A stretch of 64,000 nt of DNA, taken from positions 288,001-352,000 of the forward strand of contig CAVUQH010000002.1 in assembly GCA_963743525.1 (NCBI GenBank), written 5' to 3'. Position 1 is the stretch's first letter, and each line of letters begins with the position of its first letter. Source of the stretch: an uncultured delta proteobacterium. GTDB lineage: Bacteria > Myxococcota_A > Polyangia > Haliangiales > Haliangiaceae. The notes below the pieces were generated by a model. The model searched no databases. It had not been told where the DNA came from and saw only the letters and a program-made list of their open reading frames with translations. Below are positions 34,909 through 43,852 of the stretch, piece after piece. A program made the position numbers and the translations under genes.

Positions 34909-35274
34909 CTACGGCGCGCTGGTTCCCTCGCGCCCGTACCGATCTTCCAGTCTGACCACGTCGTCGAGCTCCGGCGTCGACACCTCGACGATGTCGGTGT
35001 CCTCGAGCGCGGTCATCCGGTGGCGCAGCCCCGGCGTGACGTGGAACGGCACCCGCGGCTCGAGCACCGTCTTCTGCGGCGCCTCGCCCTCGCCGTAATG
35101 CTCGAACTCGATCCGCCCCGAGAGGACCATGATCGTCTCCTCTTTGACCTCGTGGTACTGCAGCGACAGGCTCTCACCCGCCTTGATGTGCAGGATCTTG
35201 CCCACGTAGCGGTCGGTCCTGGCCCAGATCAGCTCGTGGCCCCAGGGCTTGTTGACAGTCATCGGCTCGCTCAT
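34909..35274 (-). CDS. Cupin (mannose-6-phosphate isomerase-like)
   Basis: KPWGHE, LSLQYHEVKEET, RHRM, EVSTPELDDVVRLEDRYGR. Confidence 0.9.
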   Translation of the reverse strand: MSEPMTVNKPWGHELIWARTDRYVGKILHIKAGESLSLQYHEVKEETIMVLSGRIEFEHYGEGEAPQKTVLEPRVPFHVTPGLRHRMTALEDTDIVEVSTPELDDVVRLEDRYGREGTSAP

Positions 35275-35301
35275 TGCCCGCACCATACTAGCGCCCCAAA
35301 C

Positions 35302-35388
35302 CGGGGTCAGATCCAACTAATGAAACTTAGGCGCCAAGGATTTCGGGCGGGTGCGGAGCGCAAGTTTCAAAAGTTGGATCTGACCCCG
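35302..35388. mobile_element. REPIN/MITE-like 87 bp element with 27 bp terminal inverted repeats
   Basis: cggggtcagatccaactaatgaaactt versus reverse complement of the right arm cggggtcagatccaacttttgaaactt: 25/27 identical; AT-richer than the host. Confidence 0.7.
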
Positions 35389-36915
35389 CTATAGGCTGAA
35401 GCGTTTGTTGCCCATGAGCAGCTTGAACGCGCGCAGCATCAGGCGATAGGTCTTGCGCGAGTACGGGTAGTACCAGAGCTCCTTCTTGGCCGCGAAGCGA
35501 TCGACGTTGACGTGGCGAATCTCGCACAGGTCGCGCAGACCGATGACCGAGTGGGTGCGGCCGAAGCCGCTCATCTTCACGCCGCCCCACGGGGTCTCCG
35601 GGCAGCCGTAGGTGTTGAGCACGTCGTTGATCATCACCGTGCCGGCCTCGACCTGCCGGGCCATCCGCTTGCCCTTTTCGCGGTCCTTGGTGAAGACGTA
35701 GGCGAGGAGGCCCAGGTGCGAGTCGTTGGCCAGCTCCACCGCCTCGGCCTCGGAGGCGACGCGCATGATCGGCACGACCGGGCCGAAGATCTCCTTGCGC
35801 ATCACGTCCATCTGCTGGCTGCAGTTGGTCAGCACCGTGGGCGGATAGAACAGCCCCGGGCCGCCCGGGCGCGCGCCGCCGGTGCGAACCACGGCGCCCG
35901 AAGAAACCGCCGACTGGACCAGGCCGTCGACGTTGTCGATCTGCCGGTCCCAGGTCATGGCGCCGACGTCGACCTCACCCGAGGATGGGTCGCCCTGGCG
36001 CAGGCTGTCGACGTTGCGAACGATCCGCTCGACCAGCTCGTCGTGCACCGACTCGTGGGCGTAGACGCGCTCGACCGAGCAGCAGATCTGGCCCGAGTTG
36101 GCGAAGCCGCCCCAGGTGATGGCCGCCGCCGCGCGCTCGAGGTCGGCGTCGGCGCAGACGATCGCCGGCGCCTTGCCGCCGAGCTCCATGGTGCACGGGA
36201 TCAGCCGCTCGCCACATGCCGCGGCGACCTTCTGCCCGGTGGCGACCGAGCCGGTGAAGACGCAGTACTGGATGCCGCTGTCGATCAGCGCGGCACCGGT
36301 CTTGCCGCGGCCGGTGACCACCTGGAACAGCTCCGGCGGCAGTCCGGCCGCCAGGTAGACCTCCCGCGACTCCAGGCCGATCAGCGGCGTGATCTCCGAC
36401 GGCTTGAGCACCACGCCATTGCCGGCGATCAGCGCCATGATCACCTCGCCCATCGGAATCGAGAACGGGAAGTTCCACGGCGCGATGATGCCGACCACGC
36501 CGCGCGGCACGTAGTGGATGGTGCTGCTGCGGTGCTTGAGCAGATGCAGGCCGATCCGTTCCGGCGCCAGCATGCGCGGCGCGTGCTTGCAGAAATAGTT
36601 GGTCAGATCGGCGACCAGACCGACCTCGGTGTTGAGCGCCTCGACCGGCGTCTTGCCGCCCTCGGCGACGATCAGATCGATCATCTTCTCTGCCCGCTTC
36701 ATCAGCTCGACGCTGAAGCGGCGCACCCGGCGGCAACGCTCCTCGACGTCCAGCTTGCCCCAGTCGCGCTGGGCCGCGCGGGCGCGAGCTACTGCGGCAT
36801 GAACCTCCTCGGCGCCCATATCGGGAACGTCGCCCAGCGGTACGCCGGTAGCGGGGTTGATGCTGACGATCCGATTCGAGGCGATGTTCGGCGTGGCGGC
36901 CTGCGCAGATCCCAT
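35389..36915 (-). CDS. Aldehyde dehydrogenase
   Basis: APWNFP, KPSE, FTGS, MELGGK, GQICCS, EIFGP. Confidence 0.95.
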   Translation of the reverse strand: MGSAQAATPNIASNRIVSINPATGVPLGDVPDMGAEEVHAAVARARAAQRDWGKLDVEERCRRVRRFSVELMKRAEKMIDLIVAEGGKTPVEALNTEVGLVADLTNYFCKHAPRMLAPERIGLHLLKHRSSTIHYVPRGVVGIIAPWNFPFSIPMGEVIMALIAGNGVVLKPSEITPLIGLESREVYLAAGLPPELFQVVTGRGKTGAALIDSGIQYCVFTGSVATGQKVAAACGERLIPCTMELGGKAPAIVCADADLERAAAAITWGGFANSGQICCSVERVYAHESVHDELVERIVRNVDSLRQGDPSSGEVDVGAMTWDRQIDNVDGLVQSAVSSGAVVRTGGARPGGPGLFYPPTVLTNCSQQMDVMRKEIFGPVVPIMRVASEAEAVELANDSHLGLLAYVFTKDREKGKRMARQVEAGTVMINDVLNTYGCPETPWGGVKMSGFGRTHSVIGLRDLCEIRHVNVDRFAAKKELWYYPYSRKTYRLMLRAFKLLMGNKRFSL

Positions 36916-36961
36916 GGCGGGAGCCTACGGGCGGTGACACCACGCGTCAATCGGGAGCGAA

Positions 36962-37252
36962 TCAGTACGGATGGTGATGCCCGTTGGGCCCGGACATGTG
37001 CGGGTGCGGGTGCGGGTGGTGGTGGTGCCCGCCGCTTGGATGTGGGTGCGGTCCGTGGGGATGCTCGTGCGGTGGGTGCCGCGGCTTGGACCGGCGGTGG
37101 TGCTTCTTCACCGCCGTGGCCGCCGGCTTCTTCTTCGACTTCTCCACCCGCCAGGTGTGATGCGACTTCGCGCTCGACTGCGAACAGGCCACGGCCAACG
37201 CCGCCACGAGGATGATCAGCACGGCGCCGAGGATCGACTGCCGCAGCGTCAC
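36962..37252 (-). CDS. Small His/Pro-rich lipoprotein
   Basis: GTG overlaps the upstream TGA; LAVAC lipobox; 20 His in 96 aa. Confidence 0.7.
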   Translation of the reverse strand: MTLRQSILGAVLIILVAALAVACSQSSAKSHHTWRVEKSKKKPAATAVKKHHRRSKPRHPPHEHPHGPHPHPSGGHHHHPHPHPHMSGPNGHHHPY

Positions 37253-38931
37253 CGTTTCTTCTCCTCGGCCATCCGCCGCTTCAGCGCCTCGAGCTCGGCG
37301 TCGACGCCGCTCTTCTTCTTGCGCTTCTTGCGCTTGCTCGAAGGCGCCTTGCCGGTGGCCGTGGAGGTTCCACCGCCCTTCTTGATCCGCCGCAGCTCGT
37401 CTTCGATCGAAGGGCCCTTGCGCGGCGGCGGCTCCGGCTTCCAGCTCGGGTCGACCTTGGGCGCCGACGCCGCGGCGACCTTGGCGTTCATCTCGGCCTG
37501 CTCGAGCTGCTTGAGCTCGGACTGGATCTCGCCCATGTCGCGCAGCGCCGCGTGCATGCGCTCGCGCTCGACCTCGGCCCGCTCGGACGCCTGCCGCGAC
37601 AGCTCGGGGTCGCCCTTCTCGTCGGCCTTGAGCCGGCGCTGGTCCCACTTCTCGGCCGCCTCGCGGGAGGCGAACATGGTCCGCGACACCTGCTTCATGC
37701 GCGTGTCGAGCTCGGCGCGCAGGCGGGCGAAGTCGCTCAGGTCGGGAATGCCCTGCGCCGGCGGCGGCGACGACGGCGCCCCGGCGAAGCCGCCCAGATC
37801 TTCCAGCTCACCGGCCGGCGCCGTGGCCCGCGCTGCGGCAGCGGCGGCAGAAGCGGCGGCGCTGACCCGCGCGCTGGTCTCGGCGCGGGCGGCAGCCAGC
37901 CGCTCGTCCATCACTGCGTGCTTCTGCTCGCCGACGATCGCCACCACGTCGGCGGCGTTGGCCACGCCATCGGTGCCGATCAGCGAGTCGCTGCGCGCGC
38001 CCACGCGCAGCACCGCCTCCAGCGCCGACGAGATCAGCAGCGCGTTCTGCGCCTGCACGCCGATGTGCCGCTGCTCCAGCGCCTTGGCCCGACTGATGGC
38101 GCCGGCGTCGTCGGGCATGAAACTGACGAAGCGCGCGCCAACCGCCAGTGCCCGCGCCACCGCCTGCGCGCTGGGTCGGGCGACCACCACGTCGGCGGCG
38201 CGCCAGTAGTGCGCGGCATCCTGGCTGCGACCGAACAGCTTGGCCTTCATGCCCAGGGTCGGCACCTGGCGGCGCAGCGCCGTGGCAGCCTCGTGATCGT
38301 TGCCGGCGTCGAACAGGTAGACCGGCTCGGACTCGGTCAGCGACAGCTGCAGCGCGATCTGCGACGTCTCCTCGTAACCGAGGCCGGCCACCTCGACGAC
38401 GATGACCGGCACGTCGGGCAGCTTGAAGCGCGAGCGCAGCGACGCCCGCGACAGCCGGCCGGCGACGGCGTACGGGTGGGGACAGAACGGACCCATGGTC
38501 ATGATCCGCTCGCCGTCGATGCCGTGATCGGCCAGCGCGACTGCGGCCTCGTCGTCGACCACGAGGAAGCGATCGACGTCGGTGGCCGACCAGTCGCGCG
38601 CCGGCGCGAGCTCGTCGATCACCGCGACCACCGGCACCGGCTTGTTGGCGCCGTCGCGGGCCACGGTCAGCGCCTGCGCGGCACCCGGATCGAACGCGAC
38701 GATGACGTCGGGCGGGTTGCTCTCGAGCTCCTTCATCAGTCGGCGCTCGGACAGCTCGCCGGTCAACGCGCGCATCATCCGCTCGACCGCGCCCTGTGAA
38801 CGCGACCCGGCGCGGCCGACGTCGATCGCCCGCACGCGCATCTCGGTCACCTCGAGCGCGGCCAGCATCGGCGTGACCACCGCCGGCGACGAGCCGACGC
38901 TGGTGACCAGCAGCACCCGCGGCGCGCTCAC
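37249..38931 (-). CDS. GT-B (MGDG synthase/UgtP-like) glycosyltransferase fused to a PspA/IM30-like coiled-coil tail
   Basis: PPDVIVAF, PVVAVID, DRFLV, AADVVVARP (GT28-like); then KWDQRRLKADEKGDPELSRQA...VDAELEALKRRM (PspA-like). Confidence 0.65.
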   Translation of the reverse strand: MSAPRVLLVTSVGSSPAVVTPMLAALEVTEMRVRAIDVGRAGSRSQGAVERMMRALTGELSERRLMKELESNPPDVIVAFDPGAAQALTVARDGANKPVPVVAVIDELAPARDWSATDVDRFLVVDDEAAVALADHGIDGERIMTMGPFCPHPYAVAGRLSRASLRSRFKLPDVPVIVVEVAGLGYEETSQIALQLSLTESEPVYLFDAGNDHEAATALRRQVPTLGMKAKLFGRSQDAAHYWRAADVVVARPSAQAVARALAVGARFVSFMPDDAGAISRAKALEQRHIGVQAQNALLISSALEAVLRVGARSDSLIGTDGVANAADVVAIVGEQKHAVMDERLAAARAETSARVSAAASAAAAAARATAPAGELEDLGGFAGAPSSPPPAQGIPDLSDFARLRAELDTRMKQVSRTMFASREAAEKWDQRRLKADEKGDPELSRQASERAEVERERMHAALRDMGEIQSELKQLEQAEMNAKVAAASAPKVDPSWKPEPPPRKGPSIEDELRRIKKGGGTSTATGKAPSSKRKKRKKKSGVDAELEALKRRMAEEKKR

Positions 38932-39905
38932 CCGTAGACCTCCGGGTTGAGCACGGTCGGCGGCCGCTCGCCGGCAAGGGCGCGGCGGACCGCGTTGGCA
39001 CAGATTTCCCCCATGCGTCGTCTCGCAGTATACGTAGCCGATCCGGCGTGTGGGGCCAAGACCGCGCGAGAGCTGCCGAGCAGCGCCGGATGGACCGCCG
39101 GCTCGTTCTCGAACACGTCGATGCCGGCGCCGGCCAGCCGCCCGGCGGCCAGGGCCGCGCCCAGAGCGGCCTCGTCCACGCACGGCCCGCGGGCAGTGTT
39201 GACCAGCACGGCGGTCGGCTTCATCTGCGCCAGGGCCGCGGCGTCGATGAGGTGGCGGGTCCGGTCGGTGAGCGGGCAGTGCAGCGACACGAAGTCGGCG
39301 CGGGCCAGCAGCTGATCCAGCGGCACCCGGGCGACACCGGGCGGGTCGCCGGCATGATCGCGCTCCGAGGCCAGCGCCAGCACCTGCATGCCGAAGCCGG
39401 CGGCGCGGTGAGCCACCGCCCGGCCGATCCTGCCCAGACCGATGATGCCCAGGGTGGCCCCGCTCACGCTGACGCCGAGGTGCTGCCCCGGCTCCCAGCC
39501 GGTCCAGCTGCCACCGCGCACCAGGGCGTCGCCCTCGACGACCCGGCGCGCGGCCGCCAGCAGCAAGGTGAAGGCGAAGTCGGCGGTGGCGTCGGTCAGC
39601 ACGTCGGGCGTGTTGGTCACCGCGACGCCGCGCGCGGTGCAGGCGGCGACGTCAACGTTGTCGTAGCCGACCGCGAAGTTGGCGACGACGCGCAGGCGCG
39701 GCGCCACGGCCAGCAGCTCGTCGTCGATTCGATCGGTGAGCAGGCAGATCAGGCCGTCGGCACCGGCGACCGCGGCCAGCAACTCCGCCCGCGACAGGTG
39801 GCCCCGGGCCGGCTCGACGTAGCTCACGCCGGGGCCGAGGATCGGCGCCACCTCCAGCGGCAGCGCCGCCGACGCGACCACGTGCGCGTCCGAGCCCGGC
39901 AACAC
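38928..39905 (-). CDS. D-2-hydroxyacid dehydrogenase (glyoxylate/hydroxypyruvate reductase type)
   Basis: AVGYDNVD, NTPDVLT, GLGRIG, NTARG, DVFENEP, PHAGS. Confidence 0.95.
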   Translation of the reverse strand: MLPGSDAHVVASAALPLEVAPILGPGVSYVEPARGHLSRAELLAAVAGADGLICLLTDRIDDELLAVAPRLRVVANFAVGYDNVDVAACTARGVAVTNTPDVLTDATADFAFTLLLAAARRVVEGDALVRGGSWTGWEPGQHLGVSVSGATLGIIGLGRIGRAVAHRAAGFGMQVLALASERDHAGDPPGVARVPLDQLLARADFVSLHCPLTDRTRHLIDAAALAQMKPTAVLVNTARGPCVDEAALGAALAAGRLAGAGIDVFENEPAVHPALLGSSRAVLAPHAGSATYTARRRMGEICANAVRRALAGERPPTVLNPEVYG

Positions 39906-39950
39906 GCTGTGAACGTACCACGGTCGGGCGGCGTGCTATATAAGGTGGCC

Positions 39951-40913
39951 GTGACGGCCCGCCGGCTCCTCTGCCCCGCCCTCGTCGTGGTCGCGTTGGC
40001 CGCCGGCGACGCGCGGGCCCAGGCTCCCGGCTGGCTGGCCGCCGTCACCTGCGACCTGGGTAGCGATCCCGGCGACGCCCCGCGCGCCCGCGCGGACGAA
40101 GCGCAGCTGACCGAGCTGCGCGATTTCGGCTACAGCCTGCGGCTGGTCGGCAACAAGTCGCACACCCGCTTCCCCACCTACAGCTACGTCGCCTTCACCT
40201 TTGACGACGGGCCGTCGTACAAGACCACGCCGCTGGTGATGGCCGCGCTGGAGAAGTACGACATCCCGGCGACCTTCTTCGTCAACGCGGTGCACATCGT
40301 CGGCACGTCGCGCGGCGCCGAGAACAACCGCCGGACCCTGCGCGACGCCGTGCGCCGCGGCTTCCACATCGGCAACCACACCTTCCACCACAAGAACCTG
40401 GCCCACGCCCGACCGGCGTTCTTCCAGCACGAGATCGAGCAGAGCGCCGACGCCATCGAGCAGGTGATCGGCTACCGCCCGTACCTGGTCCGCTTCCCCT
40501 ACGGCGTCAGGACCCCGCCGCTGCGCGACTACCTCGACCAGGAGGGCTACGTCGAGGTGCGCTGGAACATCGACTCGGACGACTTCAAGATCCACGACCG
40601 GACCCGGCTGCGGCAGGGGGTGATCCAGCAGATCATCGACTGGAACGGCGGCGTGGTGCTGTTCCACGATCCCAAGCCGTGGACCGCCGCCGAGATCGGC
40701 CACATCTTCGACGATCTCGAGGCGGAGAACTGCCGCCGCCTCAAGACCTCGGAACCACTGCTACTTCCCGTCTCGCTGCACTATTTCGCTCGCGAGCGAA
40801 ATGGTAATCCACGCCCCGTTCCGGAGGCCGTTCGGGCCCGCACGCAGCACTACATCGAAGCGTTGCCGACCCGGTGCAAAGCCCGCATTGACAAAAGTAG
40901 GTCGAGCCAATAG
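39951..40913 (+). CDS. Secreted polysaccharide deacetylase (CE4/NodB)
   Basis: TFDDGP, GNHTFHH, RFPYG, VLFHD. Confidence 0.9.
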   Translation: MTARRLLCPALVVVALAAGDARAQAPGWLAAVTCDLGSDPGDAPRARADEAQLTELRDFGYSLRLVGNKSHTRFPTYSYVAFTFDDGPSYKTTPLVMAALEKYDIPATFFVNAVHIVGTSRGAENNRRTLRDAVRRGFHIGNHTFHHKNLAHARPAFFQHEIEQSADAIEQVIGYRPYLVRFPYGVRTPPLRDYLDQEGYVEVRWNIDSDDFKIHDRTRLRQGVIQQIIDWNGGVVLFHDPKPWTAAEIGHIFDDLEAENCRRLKTSEPLLLPVSLHYFARERNGNPRPVPEAVRARTQHYIEALPTRCKARIDKSRSSQ

Positions 40914-40967
40914 CTTCCGCGCGGTTTTCCAACGGGGCCCCTGGTGGGCCAGGGGGTATGGGCGGAG

Positions 40968-43826
40968 ATGAATTGCCGCGCCTGCGATAGTCCAAACCGG
41001 CCGGGATCGCGCTACTGCCAGCGCTGCTCGGCGCCGCTGCCGGCATCCTGCTACGGATGCGGGGCGCCGGTGCGCTTGGACGGCGAGCTGTGCTCGGCGT
41101 GCCGCACCGACCGGGTGCCCGAGGTCGACGCCGACGATCTGTTCCCCGATCGCGACGACGCCGACGTCACCATGATCACCACGGTGCCGTACGAGCTGCG
41201 CCCCGCCTACACCGGGCACGAGAGCCAGCTCGGCACCCTGGTCGAGGCGTTCCAGCGCAGCCGCGACAAGAACGAGCTTTCGTTCCTGGTGCTGATCGGC
41301 GAGCCGGGCATGGGCAAGAGCCGCACGGTCAAGGAGCTGGCCCGCCGGCTCAAGCGCGAAGACGGCGACACCCGCTTCCTCATCGGCTCCAGCGATCAGG
41401 CCGACACCGCTTACGCCGCCTTCACCCAGATCATGTCCGGGCGTTTCGGCATCATGCCGGGCGACCCGGCCGACGAGGCGCGCGAGAAGATCATCGCCGG
41501 CGTCTCCGAAGTACTGCCCGCCGCGCGGGTCACCGAGGTGTCGCACCTCCTCGCCCACCTGATGCGCATGCCGTTCCCCAACAGCCCGGTCGTCGGGCCG
41601 CTGGTGGAGACGCCGCAGCAGCTCGAGGCGCGCACCTTCATCGCCGTGCGCCGGTTCCTGGCCGCCGACGCCGACGCCGGTCCGCTGGTGCTCTGCTTCG
41701 AGAACCTCGAGCAGGCCGGCGCCGAGGCGATCAACCTGCTCCACTACCTGGCCGCCGGCCTGGCGTCGTCGCCGGTGATGGTGCTGGGCACCGCGCGCCA
41801 GACCGTCTTCGACCGGCACAAGAGCTTCGGCGAGGGCGACACGCAGCTGCAGCGGGTCGACATCGGCGCGCTGACCGAGGCCGAAGCAACCAGCCTGCTG
41901 CGCGAGCTGTGCAAGCCGCTCGACAACGTGCCGGCGCGCCTCATCGAGCACGCCAAGGTGCTGGCCGACTCGCCGCGGGCGCTGTTCGAGCTGATCCGCC
42001 TGCTCTTGGAGAGCGACGTCATCGTCCGCTCCGGCAGCATGTCGTGGCGGGTCAACGACGCCAAGCTGCAGTCGATGACCCTGCCGCGCAGCTACGACGA
42101 CGTGGTCGCCGCCCGTCTGGCGGTGATGAACGAGACCGAGCGCTCGCTCATCCAGCAGGCGTCCGTGGTCGGCGAGGTCTTCTGGCTCGACGCCGTGGTC
42201 GCACTGGCGCGCGTGGCGTCGCTCGAGACCGACGATCCGGACGGCCCGACGCTGGCCGACATCGCCAGCGCCGGCGACCACACCCGCGTGGCCGTCGCGC
42301 AGACGCTGGCCAAGCTGGTCGAGCGCGAGTGGCTGATCGAAGTGCGCCAGTCGAGCCTGCCCGGCGAGCGCGAGTACCGGTTCGCCTACCCCAACCTGTG
42401 GGGCCTGGTCTATCAGGGCATCGGCGACGCCGAGCGGCGGCTGTCGCACATGACCGTCGCCCACTGGCTGGAGCTGCGTCCCGAGGGACGCGGTCCGGCG
42501 GCGCAGGAAGAGGTCGCGCAGCACCTGGAAGAGGCAGGCGACACCGTGGCTGCCGCAGCCCGTTACCGCCGGTCGGCGCAGGCGGCGCGCAACCGCTTCC
42601 TCAACGACAAGGCGATCCGTCTGTACGCCCGGGCGCTGTCGTGTCTGGGCGGCCACGATCTGGCCGCGCGCATCCACCTGTGGCACGACCTCGGCTCGGT
42701 CTACGAGCTCAAGGGCGATTTCGAGCCGGCGCTGGGCGCGTTCGAGCGCATGCTGCGACTGGCCTGGATCGGCGCGTCGCGCAACAAGGCGGCGGTCGCG
42801 TTCAACAAGATGGGCCGGGTGTGGCGGCGCAAGGGCGACATGAAGCTCGCCCTCGAGTACCTGCAGCGCGGCGCCGAGATGTTCGAGCAGTGCGGTGACG
42901 CCCGCGGCATCGCCGGCTCGCACGACGACATCGGCCGCGTGCTCTACCTGATGGGCCGCTACGACGAGGCGTTCGAGCAGGTGACCAAGGGCCTGCAGCG
43001 CCGCGGCAAGGGCGGCGACAAGCGGTCGATCGCGCAGTCGCTGTCCAACCTGGGCAACATCCAGAAGGACCGCGGTCGCTTCGCCGAGTCGTCCAACTGC
43101 CACCAGGAAGCGCTCGAGCTGCGCCGGCAGATCGGCGATCGGGCCGGCGTCATCACCTCGTACAACAACCTGGCGGTGCTGGCGTTCGAGCTGGGCAACT
43201 ACGCCAGCGCGCGCAGCGGCTGGCTGGAGGCGCTGAGCGAAGCCGAGAGCATCGGCGCCCTGCCCCTGCAAGCGCTGGCGCTGTGCAACCTGGGCGAGCT
43301 GGCGCGCATCGAGAGCCACCACGACGAGGCCCGCCGCCGGCTCGAGGACGCCCTCGAGATCGCCGACGAGATCGACGAGGTGCAGCTGCAGGTCGAGGCC
43401 ACACGCAACCTGGCGTTGCTCGACCAGGAGCTGGGCAACGGCGACCGCGCGCGCGACCTGGCGCTGGACGCCCACCAGCTGGCGGCCACCGCCGGCCTGC
43501 GCGACAGCGAGGGCCGGGCCCTCTTGACCCTGGGCGCCGTCTTCTCGGCCAGCCTGTTCGACGCCGACGCGACCATCGTGTCGCCCGAAGCCCAGGCGGA
43601 CCACCGCCCGCGCGCCGAGGAGTACTTCGAGCGCGGCGTCGAGCTGCTGCGCAAGATCGGCAACGAGTCAGAGCTGGCCCGCGGCCTCGAGCAGTACGGC
43701 CGCTACAAGATCGAGCGCGGCGAGATCGGCGCCGGCAAGGATCTCCTGCGCGAGGCGCTGCTGATCTTCAGCCGCCTGGGCATGCCCCACGGCCAGGAAG
43801 TCGAGAAGGTTCTCCAGGCCGTCTGA
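40968..43826 (+). CDS. Zinc ribbon - STAND-type ATPase - TPR protein
   Basis: N-terminal CxxC pairs; GEPGMGKS Walker A; ASVVGEVF; many TPRs. Confidence 0.88.
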   Translation: MNCRACDSPNRPGSRYCQRCSAPLPASCYGCGAPVRLDGELCSACRTDRVPEVDADDLFPDRDDADVTMITTVPYELRPAYTGHESQLGTLVEAFQRSRDKNELSFLVLIGEPGMGKSRTVKELARRLKREDGDTRFLIGSSDQADTAYAAFTQIMSGRFGIMPGDPADEAREKIIAGVSEVLPAARVTEVSHLLAHLMRMPFPNSPVVGPLVETPQQLEARTFIAVRRFLAADADAGPLVLCFENLEQAGAEAINLLHYLAAGLASSPVMVLGTARQTVFDRHKSFGEGDTQLQRVDIGALTEAEATSLLRELCKPLDNVPARLIEHAKVLADSPRALFELIRLLLESDVIVRSGSMSWRVNDAKLQSMTLPRSYDDVVAARLAVMNETERSLIQQASVVGEVFWLDAVVALARVASLETDDPDGPTLADIASAGDHTRVAVAQTLAKLVEREWLIEVRQSSLPGEREYRFAYPNLWGLVYQGIGDAERRLSHMTVAHWLELRPEGRGPAAQEEVAQHLEEAGDTVAAAARYRRSAQAARNRFLNDKAIRLYARALSCLGGHDLAARIHLWHDLGSVYELKGDFEPALGAFERMLRLAWIGASRNKAAVAFNKMGRVWRRKGDMKLALEYLQRGAEMFEQCGDARGIAGSHDDIGRVLYLMGRYDEAFEQVTKGLQRRGKGGDKRSIAQSLSNLGNIQKDRGRFAESSNCHQEALELRRQIGDRAGVITSYNNLAVLAFELGNYASARSGWLEALSEAESIGALPLQALALCNLGELARIESHHDEARRRLEDALEIADEIDEVQLQVEATRNLALLDQELGNGDRARDLALDAHQLAATAGLRDSEGRALLTLGAVFSASLFDADATIVSPEAQADHRPRAEEYFERGVELLRKIGNESELARGLEQYGRYKIERGEIGAGKDLLREALLIFSRLGMPHGQEVEKVLQAV

Positions 43827-43852
43827 CCGGGCCGGGAGCGCGGGTCGGCGTT

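Noticed and set aside
40761..43604. Long antisense ORFs (this 947 aa one and many similar)
   Set aside because: Shadow frames typical of high-GC coding DNA, lying opposite well-supported genes.
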